The translations under genes and the position numbers were made by a program. 64,000 bases of DNA from Neoechinorhynchus agilis (lineage: Eukaryota; Animalia; Acanthocephala), in the NCBI GenBank assembly GCA_051530055.1, contig CM121341.1, positions 2,072,615 through 2,136,614 of the forward strand, in the 5' to 3' direction. Under the pieces are notes generated by a model. It made no database searches and had not been told where the DNA came from. It was given only the letters and a program-made list of their open reading frames with translations. Shown in pieces: positions 24,925-38,471 of this stretch; the first letter of the stretch is position 1; each line of letters starts with the position of its first letter.

Positions 24925-26480
24925 CTAACATTCAATCCTTCTTCCACTGGCCATTTCATCTTCATTACAGTTCACTATTCTATAATAGAGATTCTTTGAC
25001 CTCCAAAGCGAATACGTATTGTCAAATTTGAACAAATAAGTTCCTAGTCCCGAATAAGCGTGGTATCCAACACAAACACGCTTATAACAATCTGATCTTC
25101 TATATATTCGAATAAGTTCATCCGTGAATATGGACGTCTCAGGATGTGCCTTCATGCTTTCGATAGAGGCAAGTTGACTAATTCCCGCTGCATTCGATTC
25201 TGTAGAATTATCGTTCTTTGATGAGTATTCAATAAGTTTTTCGTTCATTTCATCATCGTCCTCGCTGCTTGACTCCGATATTTGAACGCTTATTTCCGTT
25301 TGTGGATGGATTGACCATTCAAAAGACAAACCGAAGCCGATATCGTAATCGTCAGTTGCGAACTCCCAACAAATTGCAGTAAAGTCGGTATTAACCGGCA
25401 CACGGACCTGTACAAATTGTAAATTCGGGCACCATTTGAGAAGAGTTTATCAAAAATTCAACATTTACTTTGCAGCCGCCATGTTATCTAGATGGTATTT
25501 AGAGGATAAAAACCATGGGAAATGCGACATATTTTATGACAAAATCTAGCATTTTCTTTGCAGCCACCACGTTGTCTACATGGTGTTTTAAAGGATGCCA
25601 CTAATAAAAAATTATATTTGAAGCTCCGTTGACCACGAATTTGCTTTTTTATATGTGATAGCGAAGTGTCCCCGTGATCGAAAAATAATCTTATTGTCTA
25701 AGCTAAATTAAATACTATGCTCTACGATTTCCACGCATAAGCCTCAAAATAGATCTAAATATAAAAAAATTAACAGTATCGAATTTTTAGATGGCAAACT
25801 GTCGTAAGCGTCTCAGTAAACCCCATTTTCAAAGAGCGACAAGAATAAGCCCGATATAACTGTAAAATTTCTGCAGAGAAACCGTTAAAGCGACATGATT
25901 TAAGGCTTCTGCATTTTAAAACACAGTTAGTTGTTAAATCCTCGATTCTTAGAAATGGTATTAATATTGGAAAATATACTCACCACAACGAGATCTCCAC
26001 TTGAAATGCTCAACTTTCCACGAAAAAGATCGTCTTGGTTCGATGAAAACGACGATTTAAATTCGGCTGCACCTGGACGCTCCCACATTGATGCGGCGTA
26101 GAGGGCAGGCATCACGATTCTATTATCCTTAAACCCGAACATTTTGTATTTTTTAAACTCGGACTATGATTTACTCGGATGTTTAAATGGACGAAGTGGT
26201 AAAGGATTTACCATAAGTTCCCTTTCGCACATACGACTGATTTGCTCAGCTTGTAACGTTTGATGGTCTTGTTGATTAGGTAATTCGTTCTCCATATAAT
26301 CGTCCACATACTGCTTCTCAAGATCATGCAGGAACTTCTGACGGGCTGCTTGGTTCGAAGGATGTTCCTTTTGTGCAGCCGATTGAAGATAAGGTAAGAC
26401 TTGCATCTTTATAGATTGTTTAATTATTTCCCTTTTTGAATTGATGAATGAGCAACAAGTATCGAAGTCTTTTACCTTTG
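24925..26480 (-). CDS. ACBD3: ACBD3/GCP60-like Golgi adaptor (Q domain plus GOLD domain); no acyl-CoA-binding exon recognised
   Basis: AAQKEHPSNQAARQKFLHDLEKQYVDDYM matches the Q domain. AASMWERP, VRVP..., WEFATDDYDIGFG and YLFKFDNTYSLWRSKNLYYRI match the ACBD3/TMED8 GOLD domain. A TMED8-like assignment is not excluded. Confidence 0.8.
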
Positions 26481-27247
26481 AACATCGGTTAAATCCTGCA
26501 GTTCGCAGAATGTGTTCACATCCCGATCATTGCTATAGAGAATTTATTTAATCGTTAAAGTATTTAAGAAAAATATTAAATTTTGATTTGAAAATTTAGA
26601 CTAAAACAGTCTTAAGATATTTTATCATTTGCAATTGAATTCCGTGCACCAAGTGTTGATATCCGAGTGAGTATTTGAAAAATTAGACATTTATAGTGGT
26701 GCAGATTCGCACAATTTCAATAAAGAATAAAACGTGAAACCCTATAAGGCTGTCCGAATAACTCGTAGTAACATTTTTTAGTTCAAGTTCTAAATTTTTT
26801 AAACTCTTTGTAAAAATTCACAAAAATCGCCCAAAGCAACATAAGTTTAAAGTTTATTAATATTAATAAGCTCTTAACTGTCGAGGGCTCATCACTAATC
26901 GGCGATATCCTTTTGTTCTCGATAGATATGTCTGATAACGAGATTATGAGATGGAAAAATTCAACCGATAGAGTAATGGTTTTTTACTGGACTTTAAGGG
27001 AATTTGGATAAATTTCAAAAGATCAACGAATAAATCCAATAAATGTATTATGCTAATCACATGTTAAAACCCAGAATTATGTGTCCTTTATAAGATGACA
27101 GAATATAAATTAATGTATGGATCGGCATTTTAGAATTCGAAAACGTATATTTGCGATGAGAACAAATAAAACTCTAAAGCCTTTACGTTTTTGAACGTTA
27201 AAAGACGGTGGTATAACTTAAATTTGCTCAAAAATATTAAAATAGGT

Positions 27248-27378
27248 TTTTAAATGGCTAAAAATTTAAAAGAATTTATTGATTCCGATATTTCAACACA
27301 ATCTTGCGCCTTTATCAATAATAAATTATTTTAAATTTCCGCCATATAAAAACACGGATAGTTCAATCTTCAAACATA
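27248..27378 (-). mobile_element. Hammerhead-bearing mini-element (family B), internally deleted palindrome, 9-bp TSD
   Basis: The minus strand reads TTGATAA-A-GGCGC-AAGATT-GTGTT-GAAA-TATC-GG (27318 to 27285). The direct repeat AAAATAGGT lies at 27239-27247 and 27379-27387. The tail ...CAATCTTCAAACAT is shared with the other family B copies. Confidence 0.75.
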
Positions 27379-28377
27379 AAAATAGGTACATAATTGTTAA
27401 ACCGGGAGTTCTGCATTATTTTTAATCTACCACAGAGCACACTTTTTTGAACAGTTGACGATTATTTAACTAATTTATTAATGGTTTCGTCGCAGAAAGA
27501 TCACGAATATGTGTCAGTTATTTGTATTCAATAGGAAATTTCATTGTATGTTATAGGAAAATTTCTACTAACGGAACCGAGTTATGGTAATGGAAATTCG
27601 CCTTTTTTTTGAAAATTATATTTTTTACAAAATCTAATTCTTTTCCGTAATTGTTTTTAGAATTAGAATCGTTAAAATGTGCGTATTCGATTAAGCCACA
27701 GATTATAAAGGAGCTTCGTTCATTTTAGCCGATTGAGCCGAACGACCTTACACTAAATTATTGACCAAAGCGTTTTTTAAAGTTTTAAATAGCACTGTAA
27801 AGATCGTGTCATTTTTACACTTCTAATTTAAAAAATTAGCTGGATTTCTAGAAAGTGAATGCGGTAGTTTTCTAAGATTACAATTTATTAACAATAACTT
27901 TGTGATCCTACTGTTAAAACCTTATTTCGACCAAAATTTAAGAATTTAAAATTTTATTACCTGTCGTTTTCATCTTCGATCATGATTAAATCTAAAATGA
28001 TTATAGGACTTAATATTAATTCGAGAGTTAAATCAAACAAAAAAGCTCGCCCTCCGATTGCAATCCAAATTTTTTGAAGCGGTGTGCTGCGAAGTCGTTT
28101 TTCGTAAAGACGATCGATTAACTCTTAACATGGGACTCAGACAGCGAGTAAGGCTTCCATTAAAAATTATGCTCAGCGTACCGCAGTCTCGTCATAGACG
28201 GAATAAAGCATTTCTTTGACGACGGGAGCTGTAGGTAAAAATGCACTTATTCTCATGTAGAAATAATTTTGCTTTATTTTTAAAAGCCAACAACAATCAA
28301 GGAAATTTATAGGGCAAAAGTTTCAACTTTTTTTATAATAGTGGCTGCACCGGAAAAAAAGTTTGACTTTGTTTAAA

Positions 28378-28607
28378 GCTTGTTTATGGCGTAAAAATTA
28401 AAGGAATTTATTAAATTTTATACTTCAGCACAATCTCGTGCCCTTATCAAGGTTGTTGAAGTGTTTAATTCGACGATCAAGTGCGGTTTAAGCACTTTAG
28501 AAACAACCTTTATGAAGGCACGAGATTGTGTCGAAATATCGGATTTAATAAATTCCTTTTATTTTTATGCCATAAATAAGCATCAGAATAATTCAATCTT
28601 AAAACAT
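28378..28607. mobile_element. Palindromic hammerhead-bearing mini-element (family B), 12-bp TSD with one mismatch
   Basis: Inverted arms span 28378-28581. Minus arm: TTGATAA-G-GGCAC-GAGATT-GTGCT-GAAG. Plus arm: TTTATGA-A-GGCAC-GAGATT-GTGTC-GAAA-TATC-GG. Flanks: ACTTTGTTTAAA (28366-28377) and ACTTTGTGTAAA (28608-28619). Confidence 0.85.
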
Positions 28608-30028
28608 ACTTTGTGTAAATCCCAAAACATAAGGATTTAGAGTAGTAGTATTTTGCAGAAAATAAAAAAACCATGGTAACTAGGAGCGTAAACGAAATTT
28701 CTCATTTCCCCGTAGTCTTTTGGGAATTTTTAATTCATTTTTAAAGATTAAAGAGAATTTTAAGTGGATTTCATAAAAAACCCATTTGAGAAATTGCGTG
28801 CCTTAGTGTACTTTAAGTTGCTTGTTAAATTTCATATAATTTCTATTAGATTTTTCGTACAACAAAAAGAAATTCGAACATCTCTACGAACTGAATTGCT
28901 GTATAAAAAATATTAGAAATCATTTTGCTAATACGATTGGAATGGATATTCGAACAAACCATAAAACGTGCGTTGGCAGCAAATGTCTTATATCAATCTT
29001 AGATTATCACGTATACCGAATATTTGGATTGTCGCAGTCTTAAACCTAGACAGTGGGTTGTTTCCAGTTCGTAAGAAGGAAAATGTTTAGATCTGTGAGT
29101 AACGTTAAAGACTGAAAACTCGACAAAATATAAGAAAAAGAAATACAACAACAATCTGAAAATTCAAAAGCTTCCGGAAATAGTTCATGTGCGAAATTTT
29201 CCTCATCACTTGTCGTATATATCGATCACTTTTCAGTTTAAACCAGAATTGTTCATCATGAATTATCTAAGACGGTCTTGAAAAACCTTTACTACTACTA
29301 AATGTTCTGCAGTTTATAAAAGAAACCTGTCGTCTAATTATACGCCTGCAGATAGTTGCTAGACCTTTAAAGTGCAGGGAAATATTTACATTGGTCGTGC
29401 AATATTTGATTGCTCTCTAATGGGACGTTACGAAAATACAAAAACAAAAGTAGGTTCGAGGCAAAAGGACATTATTATATAGTGATTTTCTGATTCATAC
29501 ATCAATGGGATCTCGATTATTCGATTCTCAAAGACGATTTGAGTCGTGATTATCAAGCATGGTTTACATTTGAGATTTAAATCTTGCGCTCTAGATGGTC
29601 GTTTACGAGGCTATTTCTCTCGAAATCTTATCGTAAAACCCTTTTAGTTGGCAATTCGGTAATGCTTTAATTGAAGTTTCAAGTCATTTTTGTTCGCAAA
29701 ACTTATAATTTTAGTCGCCCTTATTATACCTCTTAGTTTTAACATAAGAGTCATATTTAGTCTCCGTTCTGCAAATTTTAAAGGTGGGTCGTTAAGCTCG
29801 ATCTTCGGTTTAGGTATAAAAGCTCAGCTGGTATGACAATTCTTTTTAAAAATAATGACACAAGGTAGCTTTTGTAGAAAGAAATTAAGGCTCGAAAATC
29901 CTCAAATATTCCAAATAGAGTATTTTTACCTTCCATAAAAAATCTTTGTTTCATATTAAAATATCTATTAATTCATTTAAAATGATACTTTTGACTGTTT
30001 CGTTGACTACGTTTTTAGAAAAGGAAAT

Positions 30029-30208
30029 GTGTTTGAAGATTGAATCATTCATGCTTGTTCATAGCGGAAATAATTGAAGGTGTTTTATTAAATCCGATAT
30101 TTCAGCACAATCTCGAGGCTCGAACAAGTTTGTTTCGCAAACAGATTGAGATTGTGCCGAAATATCGGATTTAATAAAACATATTCAATTATTTCCGCCA
30201 TGAGCAAA
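30029..30208. mobile_element. Palindromic family B element retaining only the 3' half of the hammerhead on both arms
   Basis: ~60-bp inverted arms carry GAGATTGTGCCGAAATATCGGATTTAATAAA. The core heptamer is absent. A possible 10-bp TSD (AAAAGGAAAT / AAAAAGAAAT) is weak. Confidence 0.8.
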
Positions 30209-30844
30209 CAAAAAAGAAATCGCGACTTCTAATGTTAATGACATTTTAGGAATTCAACTTGAAATTAAATCACTTGGAAAGATTTTCTTGTAGATCAATT
30301 TTTCCTAACTTTTTCAAGTCACTATTCATTTGGAGGCAATCACAAAAATTCTTAAATGCTGGTGTAGAATTAAGCCGAGTAAATTTGCCTTCCGAATAAA
30401 TGTTTTATAGCTTCCATGAAGAAGCTTTGTTTAAGATTAAAGTATATAATCAGTCGTTTTAAATGATACTTTTACTCTTTCACTGACTACGCTTTTGAAG
30501 AAGAAAATCTTTGCTTTAGGATCTTATAAATACCAGTCTATTAGACGGACTGAAAACTCGTATTTGTGCAAATTATTTTCAAACGCAAAAATGTTTTAAT
30601 TTTTGGCTGCAATAGGCACTTTAAAGTCCCTAATATTTCGTCAGTTCGAGCTAAAAATGGACAATTCTTTAAAATGCAAAAACATTTGACTAAAATGCCA
30701 TTTGAAATACTAAAGATCATAATTTTTGCCTCTTATCAATCGAGCACGCGCAAGCCGATTTACATGGACGCAGCACGAAATGATTTCACTTTCCCATTAG
30801 GGATATAATAGTCTATAATTGTGTTTGTGTGTGTGTAATAAATA

Positions 30845-32176
30845 TCATGCCAATCCACTCAATCGCACGGAGCCACTTCCTGTAACATACTTCTGCTGAT
30901 TGTCCCTCGATTTGTCTAAATTCACACACTGCTTACTACCAGCACTCCTAAGCCAATGTCTGTCGATTATATTGGGACGTTTTGATCCACGCTCCTTGGA
31001 ACAAAATCTCTTAATGGAACTTATGATTTTCGAGTATTTTGTCGCATGTCCGCCATTTGCACGGAGACTTGTGCTTTCCTTTTGAGAAATTTTCGACGAC
31101 CGAATATCAGGTTCACTAACGTATCGATTCCGATTATTACTACTGAACGCATCGACGGTTCGTTGCTTGACTCTCCAACTACTTGACCCTCTCTTTATCA
31201 GGCAAATAGCATCATCCCCACTTGCATTAATAACCACCTCCGCGGAATCTCCACGTAACGCCGAGTTAAGAAAATCAGTAGCTTTCGAAAGATCGAAAGA
31301 GTTCAGCTGAATCCCGTTGACACTGATGATCTGATCGTTTTTACGAAGACCGGATCTCATTGCCCTTGAGCCAGATTCAATCCAATCGATCATGTAATGT
31401 TCACATCTTTCCTTCCTCAGGACTATTTGATGACTATCAAGATACGAAGCTCTTTGAGTATCGATTGGAGAAGGGGTAACGTCCCAATTTTGAGGAAAAT
31501 TGGACATTTCATTCGACAAGTGATTATTTGTAATTTCGGTGTATACGACCGGATCAATTACACAAAAATCGACACATCCGCCTTTCTGAGCATTTTCAAT
31601 CAACGCGCGGACAATATCAAAAGATTTTCGATGAGTAGAAACTCCGTTCACGCTTATTACTAAATCACCCGATCGAAGTCCGCTTCTGGATGCCGGACTG
31701 TCTGGACTTACATTAGCTATCTCATGGTATGTTCCATGAAAACGCTCTTTTAAAGATATTCCGAGAACTGATTGTTCATTTATGTTCTCGATTTTGCAAT
31801 TTCTGCAACAAGGTAACAGCATGTCACACGTTTTCCTTGACACCGTTGGTGTAGATCTTCTTCGAAACTTTAGTTTAACGGGTCCTTGCTTCACGGCATC
31901 ACGTAAAGTTTGGAAAGCTTCCATCGGATTCTCAGCAGATACGTGAGTTCCATTCACTGCCTCCATCAAATCACCGGTCATTATTCCTGCTCGTTCCGCG
32001 TCGGATTCCTTGTCCACACTGAAAACGCACAAATCACCGGTCAAACTGATACCAATCGATTTTGTCTGTGCATCTTGTTTCACTGTGACCATGAACGAAT
32101 CTATGAGAAAGTCTATAGGATTGAGCATATCAACGTGCCTACGAATAGACTGGGAACTGCTCAGAAACGTCGACAA
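30845..32176 (-). CDS. Multi-PDZ scaffold protein (NHERF/PDZK1-like), large exon with three PDZ-like units
   Basis: Repeated PDZ motifs: SIGISL...V.KESDAERAGIMTGDLMEAVNG; VLGISL...VSPDSPASRSGLRSGDLVISVNG; IESGSRAMRSGLRKNDQIISVNG. Confidence 0.85.
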   Translation of the reverse strand: MSTFLSSSQSIRRHVDMLNPIDFLIDSFMVTVKQDAQTKSIGISLTGDLCVFSVDKESDAERAGIMTGDLMEAVNGTHVSAENPMEAFQTLRDAVKQGPVKLKFRRRSTPTVSRKTCDMLLPCCRNCKIENINEQSVLGISLKERFHGTYHEIANVSPDSPASRSGLRSGDLVISVNGVSTHRKSFDIVRALIENAQKGGCVDFCVIDPVVYTEITNNHLSNEMSNFPQNWDVTPSPIDTQRASYLDSHQIVLRKERCEHYMIDWIESGSRAMRSGLRKNDQIISVNGIQLNSFDLSKATDFLNSALRGDSAEVVINASGDDAICLIKRGSSSWRVKQRTVDAFSSNNRNRYVSEPDIRSSKISQKESTSLRANGGHATKYSKIISSIKRFCSKERGSKRPNIIDRHWLRSAGSKQCVNLDKSRDNQQKYVTGSGSVRLSGLA

Positions 32177-33579
32177 GTTGTTTCGTCTATTTGAACAAGC
32201 AAAGTTTCTTTGTCTCCAAATTTAAACAATCGATACGGGTTACATGGGGTTAAGTGTAAACAGAGAATACGCAAATCCTATGCTAAAGTTTCATTTTAGA
32301 ATATAAAACATGAATGTCTGCGTGGGGCCGGGGTTTAGGAGGAATTTGTGGGAAATGAAGTTAATAAAGCGTCAAAACATATAGGCAAATCCAGCACACA
32401 ATTAAAATCTTATTATACTCATGAGACAATGCGCAGCATTCCTTAATGTGTCTACAGTTCTTATCGAAAAATGGAGTTTGGAGAATTACGTTCTCTTCGC
32501 AAAGGATTAGTATTGCGCATTTAAGCTCATTACAGGTAAATTTGATACGTCCGAATGAAAAAAAGTTATTGTTACAATTATGGTATTTGTGGTTTGGAGT
32601 TGACGAAATTCTGGTCACCCAAAAAGCAATTTGTATAGTTTGGCTATTACAGCATTAGCAAATCAATTTGGGGAACCGAGAAACATAGATATCCTTGTCG
32701 ATATGTGATCAGGTACTTTGTTGTATGATTATAAAGAGCTTATTTTTAAACGTTCTGCGAAACTCTTCAAGTTTATCATCAGTTTGTTAGTTATTAAAAG
32801 ATTCTTAAGCATTCTGGAATAACTAGCAAATCGATGATGAACCCCTTACGAGATTCGCAGAAAGTTTTCAACAAAAAAGGATTTACAAATAACTATACTT
32901 GATTTGAAATTTAATTCCGAATAAAAAGCGACACGGAAAAGGAATTCGCTGATACTGTTTATACTGGTTTCATAAATCGATTTGGACATCGTCATTATTT
33001 ATAAAAAATTTTTATCTGAATTCTATTCGCCTAAAATAGGCCTAACCACCAATGTCTTTTTGTTTGAGCATTAATAATTATTATTTTAGTAAAATCTAAT
33101 CTCGAAAGTGATTGCGGTCGTTCAATTTTGTAAACCATACAGTAAATAACAGTCCGTTAATATAATTCGGTTCTACTAATTTTATGCACCTATTCCAATA
33201 TTGATCTTAAATTTAAGAATGGTCTAAAAACTAATTTGATAGCCATAGTAAATTTTCAATAGATTTAATCTAAAAAAAGACCCAGGAAAATAATTCAGCG
33301 ATATAATTTTGGCTGTTACAGTACACTATTCTTCTTTTTTCGTCTAAATCTTCTAATCATCTATTTACCAAGTTTTATTAATAGCACCCCAATGCTCATT
33401 TCTTACCCTAATCATTCAAATTAATCATCCATTGGAGAACATTTCTATCATAGTATCATGCCCTAACGGTCCATTCCCCTCATGTTCACGATTTTTCGGT
33501 ACTAACTGTACAATCAATCAGCTAAATGTCATGCGAACGGAAAAATATGTCGCACTAGAATCGAGATGTGTGACTTTGT

Positions 33580-36500
33580 TCAAATTTTGTCAAAACACAA
33601 GAAAGTTCCAATTCCTTTTAAATATGAACAAAAATACTCACATGGAGATGGCGGTCTTTGCTCGATTTCCTCACATTTCTCTTCGTCACCAAAAGTCTGA
33701 TTGATTTCATCAGCCAAAAGAGCATTTGAGACCACTTTGTCAGTAACAACTCTGACAATAAGATTATCCAAGTTCCTCTTTATAAGACTTAGAACCTAAA
33801 CTGTAGTTGTAGATATTTTATTAAAAAATTAACCGCAAACCGAGGGATGCGAGAGGTTATCAACATTGGTTCCATTTATAGACAGAATCCGGTCTCCATC
33901 TCTCATTCCAGCTTGATGACCGGGTAATCCTTCAACTACATTACCAAGTGCATGCAGGATTTGTGACCCAGTTTCGTTGGCGATCGTTATTGTCTTAAGG
34001 TCAAATCCCAAAAGAGCATTCCGGCCGTTATTTATAATGATTGTTCGACAAGGATCAGTGTTTTCGTCTTGTACTTGTTTGGGATTTAAATTTTGAGAAG
34101 GCGACATTTGTGGCTTCGAAATCTGAGGCGACTGGGCTTTTAGTTTGTTGATTGGGTTTAAAGTATGATCCATTCTTTTTATTCTGATCTAATAAATCAC
34201 CAAAATAAGAAGATCCTAAAGGAACGATAAAGTCCTTATACCTGCTTTATACTTGCTGCATTGTCTTGTCCTCGCAAGACAGTAAACAAAAGTTGTCCAT
34301 TCTTCTCAAAAGCGGCTTTTACAGCTTCTTTAAACTCTCCAATATTCATTCGAGTCACCTGAACTCCATTCAGTCGCTCAATTCGGTCGTTTCTCAGAAG
34401 ACCTGCCAGTGAAGATATAGACTCCGGTCTCACCTATTTTTATTATGAATAAGGAATTTTTCGATTTTCTCCTACATTACTTATTACGGCATCTTTTATA
34501 CGGATAATACAAACATTGGCTGATTGGTCCACCATTTTTGTTTGACTTGTCAGTTCTGACATTCGGAAATTAACATCCAATCCCAGTTCTTTACTGATGT
34601 AATCATCGGATTTCGTTCTAACGATCACAGTTGGTGTGATGGCATCCATTCGGTATTTGTTTAGGTCTTCTTACAATATGATTAGTTCCATATTTTTATA
34701 GGAAATATCTTACCTAAAGAAGCGTCCTTCTTCGTCTGGTCCATTTCAACATCTCCAACCGGAACTGTTTTGTTGATCTTGGTTTGAAAGGTGCTAACAT
34801 ACTTTTTTGTATCAAAGTGGTTTGGGCATTTACGCCCGGAATTCTTATCGGTATCGTCAAAATAATTGCTACAAGATTCGACTGCTTCTTGCTTGATCAC
34901 AATCATCTTTTCAGCTAACGACCGTCGCTTAAAAGACTCCTCCTGTGTGTCTTCATTGATTGCAACCCATTTGTGACTCCTATCGTCATATGTCGTGCTC
35001 TTTTCATTAACTTTTTGACGTTCGTCACTTTTAATTGTTTTAAATCATCGAATAAGAACGATCTTTTAAATTTCTTTTAAACAATTTTAATTCAAATTTG
35101 CACAAATTTTTCTTAAACATCGCTGTTGCTAATTTTTTTATTAAGCTTAACACGAAAAGTTTGAATTTCTACTGAGAGTAAAAATTTATATATGTGAAAT
35201 GTTATAATGTCAAAAAGTGCAAAAATAAGAAAGCAAGATATTCAAATAAAACGTTTAAAAATTTCAGAAAGTGTGCTCCTTTCAGCTCGATTTAAGTTCA
35301 ACACAAGCATTTATTAAATAAAGAGTCAATCCTAAATATACATATTAATTTAGATTGTGGGTCTTGTTTTGATAAATTCGCAGTACTGAAGTTCAATTAT
35401 CGATTTAAAGTGGGCAAAAAAATTAAGCGATAATTTAGAATTCTATATAATTAAATTTAAACTTTTTCTTCGAAACTAAAATTAGACACGTATTTCTCTC
35501 CCCAAAAATATTTGATTAAAGTAGATTCTAGGAAAGTACTTCAAACGGGCGTCTAGCCAAACTTTTATCAGCAATCGAAATTAAAACATTATCTTGACGG
35601 GAAGGCACTTTGCTCTGACAAGTACTCGACAAATATCATACAATGTGAGCGATCAACTCATGTTAAGAATACGAAATCACTTTCGGTCAGATTCACATTA
35701 ATTAAAATCTTGTAAACCTGAGACTCAAAGAAAATTAATAGAAACAAAATATTCGTATGATTGTCAATTGCCATCCAAAACCTGATACAATGGAGAACTA
35801 TTATTGTTGAAAAAATATATCCCATTAATTATCCGAATAGAACTTATAATTCAACATACATGAATTAAAACATTTTTAACATTTTCATCGACTCCACGAT
35901 AATTCATAGGTGTTTTTTAGAAGCAAGGACGGTAAATAGCGTATTTAAAACTGATCTTTGTTTTGAAATACTGTTCAACTAGGTCAAAAAACGTGCCGCA
36001 AGAAATAATCGCCGTGAAATCGAATTAAGAGTATTTTACAATATCTAATAGACGAAGATGTTATCTTCTTGAAAGTAATAATAACTTACTTCTTTGGGGT
36101 TTAGACAAAACTACTGAGTAGAAGTAGACCACGGGGTTAAGTCTTTGTCGCTCTCCATACTTTTACCGATAAAGTGAAAACTCTTATGGTGCGCGGATGG
36201 TAAAATGGATAAGAATTGATAAACGGTTGACCAATCAAGTCAGCATCTTTGTTTTTCTCACCCAAATTATTAACCAAAAGTTCGTTAAGATTGATCGGGT
36301 GTTGCGCATATCTGCCAGGTTCCTTTCGATGAATAATGAGACAGCGATTGGGATCAAACGAAGCACAAATCTTCTCTCCCGTTTCAACTCCCCTTATCTT
36401 TGCTTTTGTGACGATCGGATAGCCACTCACGACCGATTCCATTAAATCCCATTTGCTCACAACATATAAGACTACGCTGTCTTTGTGATATGAACTTAAT

Positions 36501-36892
36501 CTTTCTCTAATTGTTTCATAAGGCAAATGCAGAATAACCTCATCGCCTATTTTCAAATAAAGTTTCATTAGACGATCTTAAGTGAGTGATACTTGCCCAA
36601 TTGAACGATTACATCGTTGATTCTGAGATCAGAATAAGAAGCCGGACTGTTCGGAATGATTCGGCTAACGATATGCCCCGTGACATCGTCATCTTCAATA
36701 TGAACACCAAATGACTGCGATATTTGTGGATGCTTGGTGAGTCTCACAATTCTTGTTTGTATTGCTAATCGACGGAACTGAAAGTTGGTACAAGACATTC
36801 CTCAATCTACCTTCTTTTTGTCCAATTATATGAACAGATTGAGCACCAATTACGGGGTTTTGTGATTCATTGATCGGATGGAGTACTTTCAT
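33580..36892 (-). CDS. Further multi-exon PDZ-domain gene(s), possibly the 5' part of the 30845-32176 gene
   Basis: PDZ motifs: SFGVHI...VSRIIPNSPASYSDLRINDVIVQLG (36798-36597, GC-AG intron 36547-36596); ELGLDV...VRPESISSLAGLLRNDRIERLNG; LLGFDL...VVEGLPGHQAGMRDGDRILSING. Exon connectivity between blocks is unresolved. Confidence 0.7.
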
Positions 36893-38471
36893 CTATAATG
36901 CTTGATGAAATTATAGCTTTCTGAAATATCTCACAGCGTAAGTGGAAGTCCTAATGATAAAAAAACGCACTTATCTTTCCTTGCATGTATTAGATTTCCT
37001 GCCATCGTCGCCCTTATCACTACCAAAAGAAGGGAAATGTAATCAGACAATACCTTGCAGGTCTGTTCAAGCGAATAAAATTCCACGTTAGACAAAAAAA
37101 GGATATCATCGAAAAATCATTAGATGCAAACGTCGTACATTGCTCGAGAAGGGTGCATTAAGGGCGTGAAACAAAACTGCGGGACTACACGAGACGTCAA
37201 ACTCATGACCGTAATAGGCCCGTCTCGCTTTTAGTAAAGCTTGAAAGCGGATTGACATGAGGTTATGGTCTCTCCTTGGTAAAAAAAATTCAACTGATTA
37301 TTCACCCACTTTTCAGTTACAGAGCAAAACCTTTTTGTTTCTATCATTGTGAAAGTAATGCATTTGAACAAGAACCGAAATTATGGAAACTTAAATCTTT
37401 AAAAAAATTAGAAAAGTTTTCAATTTCGAAAGGGTTAATTTACTCTTTTTGACCTTCAAATTTAATCTGAAAATTAGTTGCACATATAACATAATAGAAT
37501 ATGTTAAAATTAATTATAAAACATCTAATGTTTGAAAATACTTGATTTCCTCATAAATCTTGAATTGAAATGCAAAGTCGAATAACGGAAACTATTTTAG
37601 CATTAAAGTTTCAATATTTTAAATACGAGGAGATTTTAAAACAGCGTTTGCCTGAGAATTCAAAATTAATCGTGTTTTTAAAGCGCTCAGTTCTAGCTGC
37701 TTATTGTCTTAGGTAACTTCGGATAAAAATTTAAGAAGATCTGTGCGCTATCTACGATACCTACGACACTGGTATCCTTTTTATAGGCTTGAACTATGGT
37801 TAGAAGATAGAAGCATGCTATGGAAAGTCACTGTAATCGAATTCCACATCAGTATGCATTTCAGGTAACCCAACATGATGCCACGACTCTGAGAACGTTC
37901 TTCAAGGGCACGTTAGGAAGATATAAACAAGGTAATGTTTGTTGCAAAATACAAGATGATTTTCAAAACGGCATTTCCATTGGGAAATCAGCTCTTATAT
38001 TGCAATAGATCCGAGTATTCATTCTTAAAATTACCTACCGACAAATCAGCACTTTCTTAGATTTGAGCTTTAAACTAATAAGCTATAACATCGGTAAATG
38101 TTTGAACGCGGTTATATTGTTGACGATATATCCGTATAGAATGTGAATGTATGAGTTTTTAGCAACGGATAAATTACAAAATCTGTTGTTTAATATTTCA
38201 TCCTCTAAATTCTGAAGTCTCATGCGTGGAGTTCGATACATTAAAATGAGAAATCATTTTTCTTTATTTCTCCTTGACTAAAAACAATCTATGGATAACA
38301 TCTTTACAAAATATGTTGTTGAGAGAAGATCGAAGTTATCATTGGAAGGGATAAAAGCCACTGTTGTCAATATGTGTTATTTTCACAGCCGTTTTGATCC
38401 ATGAGACAAAACAGCTCCTTGTCAATCCATTAGACACACAAAGTGGAAACCTGCTTTTTATTTACAGTCAT

